Below, piece by piece: positions 49,801 through 62,960 of a stretch of DNA of 64,000 nucleotides. The DNA is from Toensbergia leucococca (Eukaryota). Location: positions 1-64,000 of the forward strand of contig JALDZS010000055.1 in assembly GCA_022813965.1 (NCBI GenBank), read 5' to 3'. Position 1 is the stretch's first letter; the number at the start of each line of letters is the position of its first letter. The notes beneath the pieces are model-generated. The model saw only the letters and a list, made by a program, of their open reading frames with translations, was not told where the DNA came from and made no database searches. The position numbers were made by a program, and so were the translations under genes.

Positions 49801-52800
49801 CTTTGATACGCACATCTCTTTCGTCTTTGACTCTTTTAGCTTCCTCGATTGCACTGACTGCAATTATACGAGCATCGTTGAGTAATTGCAGTGATGTAAG
49901 CCTCTGGGCGGGAGTCATAGAGCCTCTTAAGCGCTCGAATGTAGGTCCCACAATTGTATCAGCACTGGCAATGGAAAAGGCAGTCGGACCTGCTGCTGAC
50001 TCGCCCTGCACAAGGATAGCAAGAGTTGGTATCTTCGATTGTGGTACATGTCCTTGATCTCGAAAAGTGTTTAGCAAAGAGTGACATTGTGCTCGCGCAA
50101 TTCGAACGTAGCTGATGAGATCACTGTAGCTTTCTGGCCGATCAGTTTCGAGCAATGGCCGTAACGATGCCGCAAATTCGCTTGTCGGACGTAGAGAACG
50201 TTCTTGTGATCGAGCATATTCTTCTATGACCATTGCAGCAGTGATCTGTGTTGTTGAATTTGGGGACATTAAACCTAGTGCGATGTCTTTTACGAAAACA
50301 TCAGACTCCGGGAATGACGATGGGACTAAAAGGTCCAAAGCTTTCCCAAACGCTTTTGCGCCATATATTCTGGATCTTATAAGAGCATCGACTCCGACCA
50401 GATCTACATCACCCTGTATCATGTGGCCGTCCACATTATGTGCAAAGGAGATTGGTTCTTCTTTCTTTTCAGAACGTCTCCTTCGCTTTTCTCCAGCTCG
50501 CTGCGGCGATGCTTTTCGTTGTCCTGGATTTGACAAAGCAAATTTCTGGCCTGAAGGCCTTATGAATAAAGAAGCATCCATTGGTATCGGGTATCGTGAG
50601 ACTCCAATGGGGTGCAATACTAATGAAAGTACATCATCATACTGGGGTTGGAATTCGGAAGAGAAGCATCCTACCCCTTCATCGGCGACCGTTTGGGACA
50701 ATGCATAAAAGACTTCAAGAGATATTTTGAGCACGGATTCATTTCGCTCAACCAGCAGATTCTGGAAAATGAGTCGCAGTATTCTCCCATTGACCCAACC
50801 TCTAGTGCTCTCACCTTTGATATGTAAGAACGTCTGGAGTGCCCGGAGAACAGCAGATCGAACACTAGATATAGTGTGGCGGAGGAAGGGATATAATCTC
50901 GGAACGAGTTCGGTGAAAGAGTATTCCTCATTTTTCTCAGCGTTATGCTTCATTGCTCGCAGGACTTCAGGAAAGCTGCATAGTTGAGCAAGAAGATCCA
51001 TGACAGATCCAGTACTCGCACTCAAGTCATCCCGAAGGTCTGACAGACAGTCCCAAACGATGCTCATGAGATTGTCAAGTGCTGCTGGGCGCAGTGTCAC
51101 GCACTCTTTGGCAATGGGAGTAAGAGTAGCAGCGCTGACTGCCCGTACATCATCATCATAGTCTCCGAGACCTTTCATGACTGCGTCAACTACTGTCCCC
51201 AATGTTTCGTTATCCGTCAAAAGTACATCGGTTCGGACAGCTACAAGGTATCGAAGTCCAATCATTCCGCCGTGGCACACTTCCCAGACACGATCGCCAA
51301 GTTTTCTATCTTCTTGCATGACCATTCGATATAAGATACTGTAGACCTTGAGGACTGTTTCAGGCGGGACATGGATCAACAGAGCACCCAGAGTTTGGCC
51401 AACTGTCTCACGTATTGGCGCAACAACATTATCAGATATGTAGTCCCCAAATCTGTCCAGCATGAGGACACAACAAAGCCGACAAGCTAAGTCGTCCAGC
51501 CATCTAATGTTGAGCATATCGTTCTGATCTCTAGATCTGCCGCGCTCTCGGCCCGCGCCCGCGCCTTGCACACGAATGACTTCACGCAGCCCCATGGCCG
51601 CACCATGTCTTATTTCCCAACTATTATCGAACAAATCGACCATCAGGAGATCGCACAATCGATCAAAGGGCCATTCAATCCCCTGATCTGTGACTTCGCC
51701 TTGAATGACAGATACCTCTGGTAGTGTGAGACCCTTGAACTCGGAAATAATCTTTGCATCTTCGTCGACGTTGTTGCGATCAAGAGATAAGTATTCGGCT
51801 GGCCCATCAATATCCATTTCAGAATTGGTCTCTTTTTTGATAGCGTATGGCTCTGGTATAGAAGGTGTATTCGGTGTACCAATACTTGGTCGGCGAAATG
51901 CTAGATCAACTACCTGGACTTTGCTAGCCTGGTTCCGGGCGCTCATCTTGTTCTTTCGTTTCAGCAAATTCAGCTGCCTTTTACTCAGGTTGGGTTCGTC
52001 GATTGGAGTTTGAGAAATGGAATCTCGGGGTGAAGCCGTGTTATATGGCGAAGCAGAATGAACAGTACTTGGATGTCGCATCGTGTTGGCGGATGTGTCG
52101 ACTTTTGGTAGTCCAGCGAATGAAGTGCCATCTCTTGTTGTAGTACCAATACTCTGGGGTACATCTACTTCCATGTACTCTCCAGCAAGGCCTAATCTGG
52201 CAGTCAAATTTTTTTTCTGAAAGGCAAGTCGAGTTGTAGGGTCCATTTGAGCAAGAGCAAAGTCATGTTCCTTGGCAGCGCTCCCAAGAAGCTTCTTACC
52301 ATGAGTTAGAATAGCATTCAGATCTAGGGTCTGTAAGTCTAACTCGTCCTCGGTGGCCGGAAATGGAGCCACTGTAAACTTGGCGCTTTCGTCCCACACT
52401 TCCATCGAGTTCTCCCCGTGGACAGCATCTCCTTCATTGGGATAGAACTTGTCTGCATTTTCGACAATGCCACCAATAGCTTTCGCTGCGGCAGTTCTGG
52501 TATCCCAAGATCTTGATTGAAGGAAGGGAATGACTCGGGTTAGAAGGTTAAAGAGTTCGTCGGGATGTTGTTTCTGAACGTCTGCAAGCTGTTGAGCGGC
52601 AGTGTTCCTAATCAATTGCGTACTGCCAGTCTCAAGTAATCTTTGGGACGATCAGCAAATCAACAGCAAGACGAGGATAAAAGTGAAACAAGGCACCAGT
52701 TAAACATACGTGACTAAGCGATCAAGCCTGGCACATGATTCTCGTCAGCACTAAGCACTATTCTACCTAGGTAAGGCAGTCTGTGTCGATCAGGGCTCTA

Positions 52801-52822
52801 GCGTGACTCACCTCGAAGTCAT
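46849..52822 (-). CDS. MOT1: TBP-associated Snf2-family ATPase Mot1/BTAF1, with two 5' micro-exons
   Basis: MTSR|LDRLVT|LLETGS...RNTAAQQLADVQK, HEAT repeats, LCDDMGLGKTLQ, VLDEGH, LSGTPIQN and QAMDRAHRIGQKK. Confidence 0.97.
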
Positions 52823-54313
52823 GCCTAGCTCGCAACCTCCGGCCCGGTTGTTGTGGATGTGGTAGACCGATAGGCCGTTTACTTCAAAACACGTACAATG
52901 ATTGGGGAAGAGGCACTGTTGCTCTAATTTATCTTCGCAAACGTGGAGGGCCGACTGATACGATGACTACAGACGTCATACTGAGTGTTGTCACATTCTT
53001 AGAGCAGCAACGATCGAAGAGAAGCGAATCGAAAGGGGAAAGGCCTTGTTCTTGGTACGAGGGTACGTGTAGAGTTTGGCGAATCTGAATTTGGCGCGGG
53101 CCCACGTCGACTTTGAACTCTGGGATTTGGTTCTCGAGGAAAGGTGTGGGGCTTATATGCACTCTAACCATCTGCGATTAGGTAGTCGCCTGCTCTAATT
53201 CGTTCGCTTCGTAGCTTCTTCGCTTTCGGATAATTTGCATTTGGCTCCAAAAGTTCTTTCGTGCTGCCTGAAAACACGCCCTCGACCCTACTCCTTTGTC
53301 TTTTCAACGAGCATAGCTGTTTCTCATGAGCCTATCATTTGATAGAACATGGTGGCTGAACTGCTTCTCCCGTCATGCTTACTGCATTACTTGAGCCTGG
53401 ATTATCAGCTTGTGTCATCACAATTCTCATGCATGACTCAGTGCACCAAATTCAATCAGGACCTTTGATCGCAGTTTCTCATGAATGGCTTTGGTTCATG
53501 GAGATATTCTGACTCTAGAGACGGTACAGATGTCGTTGCTGTTGAGCTCTTCACTTATCTATGGATTCTACTAAAACAGCTGGAAAGACTGATTCAACTC
53601 ACTGCTTGCCTCGAGCAGCGTGAGACTACCAGCTCAATCTCGAAATCCGGGTAGAAAACAAAGATACGTCAACAGGAATGGGGTAGAATCATCAAGCTTG
53701 TTCTGGGGTTTTGGAAACTCTGAAAGTGCTAGCTTCTAGACGCCTGGTGTGAAAGACTACGAGTAGATACTGGCTACTGGAAGACTTTTGCGTAAAATAT
53801 GAAATCTTATCGCGAAGCTCTGTTATTATTTTCAATGTTTATTGTGACAGGCATATATGGATACCTGGAGAAGATCAAGGCTCAAAAGGACACATTCCCC
53901 GCCGCCGTCCCTGAAACTAACACGCCACTCGTAGAGGTTCTATTCTAAGCGTCGTCGCCTTGTAATCTTGGCAATCTATCAATCTGCAGTCAATAGTACC
54001 TAAAGAGACTACAATGCTTTTTCAAACTTATAAGCCATTAAAAAGATCTATAAGTACACCTCGGTCGGAGTACATGAAAGTTGAAAGCGTCTTGTAGGGA
54101 CTCATACAACTGTCGGAGGATTATTAGTGCGAGGTCCGGTATCTTCGGTGCCACTTACTTGCAGTCTTGCACGTCGTTTGCCATGAAAAGTTTGACATCT
54201 GGCCTCCATGTCTCCAAGTAGATCGAGCTGAGTCCAGTACGACTCATTCCTCTTCATGAGCAGATCATAGCCCTCGGTTTATACGCCTACACCCCCGTCC
54301 GAATTCTTTCTCC

Positions 54314-57300
54314 ATGGCTACAGTCTTCAACTCTAGCTTTGCCCCTTCCAGTCGACCACCCGCCTACAATGGCCCTACCGTGGTTACGGCTTCGTCTGTG
54401 CCAGCTGGCACCTTCGCTCCGGGTACAAAAGTTCAAGTCGGAGGTCACAGGGTCATGATAGAGAAATACTTGTCCGAAGGAGGATTTGCCCATGTCTACC
54501 TTGTACGATTGTTGAAACCTATCAATGGGGAGGGCGGCGCTGTTTTGAAAAGGGTTGCAGTGCCTGACAAAGAAGCTCTGGCCAGTATGAGGACAGAGGT
54601 AGAAACAATGAAGAAGCTTAAGGGGCACCGACAGATTGTGACATACATCGACTCTCACGCTTCGCAGCTGAAAGGAGGTGGGTATGAGGTCTTCTTGCTC
54701 ATGGAATATTGTAATGGTGGCGGGTTGATTGATTTTATGAACACACGCCTCAAAACTCGGCTCACTGAGCCCGAGATTCTCAAGATCTTCTCGGACGTTG
54801 CTCAGGGTGTGGCCTGCATGCACTACCTCAAACCACCCTTGTTGCATCGAGATCTCAAGGTTGAGAATGTCCTCAGCTCGTCAACAAACTCGTCACGCAT
54901 GTACAAACTATGTGACTTTGGATCGACTGCCCCTCCGAGGCCCGCAGCTACCAATGCCGCAGAGGGTAGACTTATTGAGGAAGATGTGCAGAAGCACACC
55001 ACGCTACAGTATCGAAGTCCAGAAATGATTGATGTTTACCGGAAGCAGCCAATCGATGAGAAAAGTGATATATGGGCCTTAGGGGTGCTTCTATATAAGT
55101 TGTGCTACTACACAACTCCGTTTGAAGAACAAGGTCAAATGGCAATACTAAATGCAAGCTTCAAATTTCCAAATTATCCTTCATTCTCGGATCGGACCAA
55201 GAAATTGATAGGTACTCTCACCATCTACTAGTTGGTGCTTATATATTAATTGTTCAGCTTCAATGCTTAGGGAAAACCCCCATCAGCGACCAAACATCTA
55301 TCAGGTTGTGCAAGAAGTTTGCTTGATGCGAGGGACCGACATCCCCATCAAAGATGTGAGCATTCTCCGGCCTCAAAGTTGGTATCGACTAACTCTCTTA
55401 GATATATGCTGGGCGAACTCAATCAGAGAATCGACGAAATGAAAAGCTCCCTTCGCCAGAATCTAACGTAGCTTCCCCTCCTTCGACCGGTGCTTATAAA
55501 TCTCCTGTAGTCGAGGATACGCTCAGCGTTCCAGATATTGTCCCCATGCGTCGAGGTAGACCAACCAAGACAAGCTCTGATAATACATGTACCCAGCCAA
55601 GCCCTTCGCCGAATAGAGGTACCTCGAGTGATCCATTCGCTGCATTGGATGCAGCACAGCCTTCAGTTCCAGATCATACCTTGGCTGACGACATCTCGAC
55701 AAGATTCCCTCCTTTGGATGAGTTCTCATTACTCCATGATTCTGGAAGTAGTTTTGCGTTCAGCCCTAAGCCCCAGTCTAATATAAAGCATCCCAAACAC
55801 ATTGCTCAAAGGGTCACCGAGGCTCTTGCAGATGATGCCTTTGCTCAACCTACTTATCCTAGGAAACCTCTTCCGATCCCTTCTGATCCTCCACGTAACA
55901 TTAGCACAGGGACGATGAACAGGCTCGGAAGAAGCAACCCTGCAAATATGGAATTCAGCCGAAATTCCTCACTACGTCGACCAGTAGAGCAGCCGACGAT
56001 GGTTTCTGAAGGCACAATGACGTCTCCCTCTCCCCCTTCTGGTACTCATAGCATGAGTAATTCAATTAGACCGATCTTCCGATTTCCCTCGTCAGAAAAG
56101 AGGGCCTCGAGTCAACCAAGAGGATCTGAAACCTCTAGATTTCCCACAACATCGTCCGGACCCGACGCTTCTGACCTCGGACAACCCAGAAATCGTGACC
56201 ATCGGTCAAACTCACAGACAGGATCGCTTAGAGTCTCCAAATCGCCGGCCTCTTCTCGACCTTCTCTCGAATCTCGGCGACCGTCTAACATGGACTTGGA
56301 AAACACCATCAATAGATCGAAATCAGCCAGCACAAGATCAAGGCCGTCGAGTGCCTACGTCCGATCAAATATGAATTTCTTACGTGAAAAGGCAGCATTT
56401 CGTGGCAAGTCTCAAGGAGACAGTCCACCTCAAAGTTCGTTCGTGCCTGAAAAAGTGCAATCAGTCTCGACTGGAAGTTCTAGTGATGGAGAAGAAGCTG
56501 TGAAGATTAGCTCCAATGTCGAATTCCTGCGAGCGATGGAGGAGGAAGATCCTGCCAAGCGAAAAGAGAAACGTAACAGCAATAGTACGAAACACGTCAA
56601 GCGAGCCAGCATGCCATCAATATCCCTATTAGGTACGAAATCACTTCTTGCCGGTCGATTTGGGGATGCCTTCCGTCGCTTCGAAGCCAACACCAGTGGC
56701 AACGGCCAGCGTCCGCCCAGTCCCTTGGAGCATGGCGCAAGCGAACTCACACCCATAGCTGGCTCCGAACGTACCGACGACAGAAGTGATGACGACCACA
56801 TACTCGAGGAGACGGAGATTCCGCCCGAAGTTCGTCGCGAACTCGAACGCCGCCGCCTATCTCAAGAGGAAAGGCGAGTCTCGGACGCAGCTGCTGCCTA
56901 TCGACAAAGACTTGATGAAAGCGAGGACAGTAGCAGGCCTTGCCCACCACCAGGCAAAACTAACCGAGCCGCTTCTATCCAAAGCAAAGTCATATCCCTC
57001 CTACACGAGAACGGTAGGGTCTCGCCTTCTCACCCCGCCGAAGGCTACGGCCACTTCACAGACGTGCCAAACCTTCCACAAGCCCGTCAACCCCCAGACG
57101 CCGTTCTTCCGAAATTCAAAGCCCCTCAACTCCAACGTAGACCTCCCTCCAACAGCCTCAGCGCCCACCCTACAACGAAACCAGATCCGTTAATTAGACC
57201 ACCTCCATCTGCCACATCTGCCCCGCTTGACCGCTCCTTCCCCCGTCCAAACGCACCACCGAAACCGCGGGCTCTACGCACCGGCACACGAGAAGAGCGC

Positions 57301-57522
57301 GCGCCCCCCTCGCCCTCCAAACCCTCCTTTCTAGCCGCCAAAGAGAGGAGCTCGCAGGCTTTCTTATCGTCTTCTGACGGCGCTACTGCATCACCTCCGC
57401 AGCATATGAGAGATGAGGACTGGGAAGCCAGCTTCAGTAAGCGATACCCAAGTCTCTCTGGCTTGGAGATGGTGGAGACGGAGATTCGAGAGGTGGGAGG
57501 GGGAAAGGTGAGGGATGTTTAG
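54314..57522 (+). CDS. NAK-family (Ark1/Prk1-like) Ser/Thr kinase with a long disordered tail, two introns
   Basis: LSEGGFAHVY, AVLKR, LLHRDLKVEN, KLCDFGS, TTLQYRSPEMID and SDIWALG. The tail has a DPF motif and ends FSKRYPSLSGLEMVE. Confidence 0.93.
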
Positions 57523-57963
57523 GAGAGATCTTTCTGGGCGGGAAGGGGGGCAATTTGGGTTTTCAAGGTGAGGAGTTGGGAGGTGTGTTGGGATCTTTGC
57601 TTGTTTGTTTAGGTAGGCTGTTGGGAGGTGGTGTCTAAATAGGTTCTGTCTCAATCAAAACAGAGTCAATCAAATCCTTTTCAATTTCAATCCCATTCGC
57701 TGTAGATTTTGTATTCGTTCATGGCATTTTTATTCAAGTTTTCCCTTCCCTTGTTTATGTGTCTTACTCGCCTCACCACATCTCATCTCAGCCCTACACA
57801 TACCGTAGAATCTGTCAGGTACTTGGATCTTTTGGCCTGAGACGATTTACTGATCGTATTAGTTGTTTTTGGTAACCAAATGGCACCTGGGGTTCTTTTT
57901 CTTCAATGCACAGACGGAGCATACCAAAAACATGAGGGAGTTGATACCTGAACACTCCCCTTT

Positions 57964-58509
57964 TGATACCTAGACACTCACCCCCACCTCAGGCGCATGA
58001 TCACTGAGGGAAATCTTATCATTTCTGCATCACATTTTTGTTTCGATTCTCTCATCACTTTTTGCATGTCATATAGCGTGTCATTTAGAAGACTCTTTAG
58101 TTTGAAGGAAAAGGCATGCTTTTTGTTATGTTTTGACTCTATTTTCTGAATCTCTGAGTTAGTGTGAAAACATCTCTTTTTTTATTTAAGAGATGGATTA
58201 GAAAATGAGTCATGGAGTGAAGGGATTTAGCTGATAGATAGATGAAAAGATTATGATGTAGATAGATAGGTAGATAGATAGGCAGGTAGGTGACTAGATA
58301 AGATGATGAGATGTGAAATTGAATCAGATTTGAATGCAAAACTCATAGGTTTCTTGATAATATTGCTTTTGAATGACATGCAAGTTGAGAGGTAGATAGC
58401 ATGCGAAAGTGATGAAGAGATTGAGGTAAAATGTGATGCAGAATGATAAGATTTCCCTCAGTGATCTTGCGCCTGAGCGAGGGGGTTGAGGGGGGTTGTC
58501 CAGGTATCA
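57964..58509. mobile_element. MITE-like non-autonomous element with long imperfect terminal inverted repeats
   Basis: ctcaggcgcatgatcactgagggaaatcttatcatttctgcatcacatttt (from 57988) mirrors aaaatgtgatgcagaatgataagatttccctcagtgatcttgcgcctgag (to 58477). Outer arms are tgatacctagaca / tgtccaggtatca. The interior is AT-rich, CpG-poor and non-coding. Confidence 0.75.
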
Positions 58510-58883
58510 GTATTCTACTGTAAGTAGTTGATGAGAGTACTGTACAGTAAGGTATCTACTCTTACATACATGATGCTAAAGACACTGTTCAGTTTCTCAA
58601 CTGCGTGTGCATGTTCTTCTCTACTCCCTAAGTTCATCACGTACTTTTGGGCTATTCTATGGTGGTGCTGGGGATAATTATCTTCCTAATCGCTTGAATG
58701 AGCTCTCATTTCAATCTGTTATATTCACAATTCAGATTCTCCTTGGACTCTGTGACGGTTTGTTCACTTCATAGGCAGACTGTGTACTTCTAGCCTCATG
58801 GTGTCTGTGCCCCAATTCGCATATCCTACTTGTTTATCCTCATCGATTTATCAGAACCATACACGAGTCTAATTTGCGCGTTC

Positions 58884-59834
58884 ATGCTCAACTCTCTGAT
58901 TCAACTCCCTTCTCCCAAGTCCCCTATAACTTCGGTCGAAGACATCTTCTCTTCATCCATTGGCTTGATCTTCTCCGATGACATACACAACCAACATGGT
59001 GATCCTGGTTCCCATGTGATCTATAAATCGAAGAGATTCGGCGATCTCAAGTTGAACCTTGTAAATCCGGGAGGAGAACTTGAAAGACGGCTCTTTGCTC
59101 AATACTTGTGGAATGCGGGCGTGCTGATGGGAGAAATCGTTAGTGACCCAACTTTTGGAAGTGAGGGTGAGCACTCGAGGCGTTGGGATGTGAAGGGAAA
59201 GGCAGTGCTAGAGCTCGGTGCTGGTAGGTGAGCATGAAGGTCTTGCTATCGAATGTGTGAGTAGGACATACGCTTTGAGACTAATCGCGGTATGGCAGGG
59301 ACGGGTCTCGCTGGTATCACTAGTTGTTTAGCTGGAGCCAAAGAGGTGGTGATGACTGATTATCCCGCTCCCGAAATACTGGGTAACATCAAAGTCAACG
59401 TGGAGACGAACGTGCCAGAGTCGATGAGGTCAAGCACTGCTGTACAAGGCCACGAATGGGGTGTGATCACCGATGACTTTTCGAGGGCCCATGCCAACGG
59501 GTTTTCGATCATTCTATCTACAGACTGCCTGTGGATGCCTTGGGAACATCTTGGCCTCGTACATTCAATGTTGCACTTCCTATCATACGATGAAGGTGCT
59601 CGTATATGGGTCATAGCAGGCTTTCACACAGGCCGAGCGAAACTTGCTTCATTTTTTGACCTTGTCACAGAGACAGGATTGGAAGTGGAGGAGATCTGGG
59701 AGAGAGATATAGACGGACACGAACGAGAGTGGGTGAAGGAACGAGACGGGGGCCGAGAAGATATATCAGGGCGAAAGAAATGGCTCGTTGTTGCCGTTCT
59801 CCAATGGGCACATCCAACGCATAGAACAACATAG
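58884..59834 (+). CDS. EFM7/NNT1-like protein methyltransferase (Methyltransf_16 type), one intron
   Basis: LFAQYLWNAG, VLELGAG|TGLAGI, VVMTDYP, GHEWG and IILSTDCLW. Confidence 0.85.
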
Positions 59835-59859
59835 CACGACCAAACACATCAACTCTCTC

Positions 59860-60622
59860 TCAAGTTCTCTTCTCAAAACAAATGGTGGATATTGACTGCC
59901 CTGTCTGGCCTCCAAATCTAAAGCTGGGATAATTGATCCTCCCGTGGAGGTCCAAGCCTGCCCCTAAGAACCATTCCTTTAGCTCTTCCTCTGTCCAATT
60001 ACAACTCGTCACCAGCAACAAACCACCTGGCCTTACTAATTTCTCCACCCTATCTCTATACCCCTCGTATAACCTCATTCCAGTCATGTCCGTCTCCCCA
60101 CTGAGGCTGATCGCATCGAATGTTCCCTTGTCCAGCACCACGTCAAATCCCTGCCCCCACTCTGTCGGGGTATTGTCCCTCATAATATCCCAGACCTTAA
60201 AATCCACCTCGTTTTCCATGTTCTTCCCTTCCGCAATGTTACTAGCCAAGTTCACACTGCTCCTTGAATAATCCACCCCAACCATCCTGCCTTGAAAACC
60301 ACCCTCTTCTCTTAATAAAAACAACATACTTCCATTCCCGGTACCCAAGTCCAAGATACTTAATTCATGCAGATTTAAGTCTATTGTGTCCGAAGTGAGG
60401 TAATCCAGAATCTTCTCCTCAGCGGCTGAGTCAGAGAACCAGATTGTACCGACGTCGCTGGGATTGCTTAAATGATTGATGAGATCGAGGTCATACGTTT
60501 TATCCCAGCTAGAAGTTGTCAGCTTTAGAGGCTGCTAGCAGAAATGGATATACAAGAGGAACTCACTACTCTTTTGTGCCTAGTTGACTGGGTTCGAGAT
60601 GCTGTGGTCTTTTGGAAGGCAT
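59860..60622 (-). CDS. EFM4: eEF1A lysine methyltransferase EFM4/SEE1 (METTL10-like), one intron
   Basis: LEPSQLGTKE|YWD, GTIWF, ILDLGTGNG, GVDYS, VLDKGTFDAISL, VTSCNWTEEEL and YPSFRFGGQTG. Confidence 0.92.
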
Positions 60623-61147
60623 AGTTCTGGTTTGTTCCCACGGCTATTGCAGGCTGCTTACTTCGTAGAGGTATAATCACGATGACAAGGAATCTTGGAA
60701 TACATTACCCGCGTCAACGGTTCTTAGATGTGACTATAACCGACATCTCTAGAAACAACAGGCTTCGTGACTACAAAACAGTTACCCGGCCACCCGGCGA
60801 CTTCTTCAGGATTTTATTCTATGTCACATGGGTACGTCATACCCCAGAACGTGGAATATCTCAAAAGGGACATTGAATCGTTCATTACTCCTCGAGCGCT
60901 CATAAGTAGCATCAACCGATTGAAATTGACGAACTGAGGTAGACGGAACGACTGAATCATATCACTCCAAACATGCACAATGGCTGGTTCATGTAGCTGT
61001 GCCTTGAAAGTGTGTTCCTTCTTCTGATCACGTCTATTCCTGGAAACATTTTGTTGACAGCAATTTAGTAAATTTAAATCTTCTTCAATTACTCTTTACT
61101 CTTTCATATGAGTCTTGTAGTGGAGTGTTCTACTATCCATTGACAAG

Positions 61148-62498
61148 ATGTCAAAGCAAGATGTCAAAGAGACCGCTGATCCGGAACCCTTTCACTATGA
61201 GCAAGAAGTTTACGCCAAAGGCCTGAAGTACGAAAAACCGCCCATCTCTTTTGATGGAACCAAATGGGAGGGTTTAGCTAAAGGTAGGGTGAAAGATGCA
61301 TGAAAAGGTCTATGTTTATCTGGTTCAGACAAATTATCCGCGGAATCGTACGGATATGTTTGGGGCTCAGCAGGTACTCGAGAAACGAGCAATAAAAACC
61401 TTCAGGCCTTCAAGAAATGGTCTATCGTCCCAAATCGTCTGGTCGATTCTGGATTTCCCGACCTTTCTACCACCATCTTTGGAAAGAAATATCCGTACCC
61501 AATTGCCATGGCACCGGTCGGCGTACAAAGTATCTTCCATCGTGATGCAGAAGGGGCAGCAGCCGCCGCAGCTGCGAAGGAACACGTCCCATACATCCTC
61601 AGTACTGCATCCTCTACTAGTATCGAGGACGTGGCCACGGCAAATGGCAATGGAAAGCGGTGGTACCAACTGTATTGGCCATTAAACGAACATAACGACA
61701 TTACGGTGAGTTTGCTCAAGCGTGCCCAATTGACTGGTTATGAGGTGTTGGTTGTGACTTTGGACACCTACATCCTTGGATGGCGCCCTAGCGATATGGA
61801 CAATGGCTATAATCCCTTTCTACGTACAGATAATATTGGAGTTGAACTTGGGTTCTCCGACCCATTGTTCCGTAAGCACTTTAAAGATAAGCACGGTAAG
61901 GAGATTGAGGATGACATGGGTGCCGCCGCTGCAGAGTGGAGTCAAATTATCTTCTCGGGTAGAAGTCATAGCTGGAAAGATATTCAGTTTCTTCAAGAGC
62001 ACTGGGAGGGTCCTATCATTCTGAAAGGTATTCAAACAGTGGCGGATGCCAAGAAAGCTGTTGAGGTAGGCGTCCAGGGGATTGTGGTGTCTAATCATGG
62101 CGGAAGGCAGCTGGATGGCAGTGTGGCTTCGCTAGATCAGCTACCCAAGATTGTTGATGCGGTGGGGAAAGATCTAGAAATCATCTTTGACTCTGGGATT
62201 CGATGTGGGGCAGGTAAGCTTTTGTTCTCAACCTTCTTCTGTAGAATGTGAAAAGCGTATAAAAGAGCGGAAGTATCTGACGAGACCATCCGCAGATATC
62301 GTAAAAGCCCTCGCTCTTGGAGCCAAGATGGTCTTGATTGGCCGACCTTATATATACGGACTTGCACTTGCAGGAGAGGGTGGGGTGAGTCATGTGATAC
62401 GGGCCTTACTCGGCGAGTTGGATCTCACCCTTCATCTCGCCGGTATCCCATCAGTCTCAAGAAGCGATCTTAACCGCGACGTTCTCGTAAGAGAGTAG
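61148..62498 (+). CDS. FMN-dependent alpha-hydroxy acid oxidase, lactate 2-monooxygenase-like, two introns
   Basis: YGYVWGSAG, MAPVGVQ, WYQLYWP, VVTLDTYILGWRPSD, ILKGIQ, VVSNHGGRQLDG, FDSGIR and IGRPY. Confidence 0.92.
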
Positions 62499-62960
62499 TG
62501 AAAGATAAGGAGAGGAGTTCGAAGCCTGTACTTCCGTAATCCTGTACAACATACTTCCTAGATAGATAAGACATGATATGCGAGTCTTCAAGGACAGCTC
62601 TACATACTACTTTTCCAATCCACGTTCAAGATTGAAAGCTTTTGATAGTACTCTGTAGGGTGGCTCGAGTGGTACGGGTAAACTCGAGCCGAAGTGAAAC
62701 CTGATTGGAACTAGTGTCCGAGGCTAGCGATTTACCGACCTCCTACTTCCCCGCGTGCGCCATGTCGATCATCGGCCTCGAAGCAAGAGTCTGGAATCTT
62801 GCTGTCGCTTTCTCACCGCCAATGTCTTTGCAGCGCCACCATCGACCTCAACAATCATCCAACATTACCAGACTAGCAATGATAAACGTAAGACCACCAT
62901 CGCCGAGATCTGGTCTCCTACTTTTCCCTTGAGATCACCAGCTACATTGCTCGCGCCATC

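Noticed and set aside
62662..62692. GGCTCGAGT...ACTCGAGCC stem resembling a tRNA start
   Set aside because: It is only a 9-bp stem-loop, with no cloverleaf or T-loop consensus.
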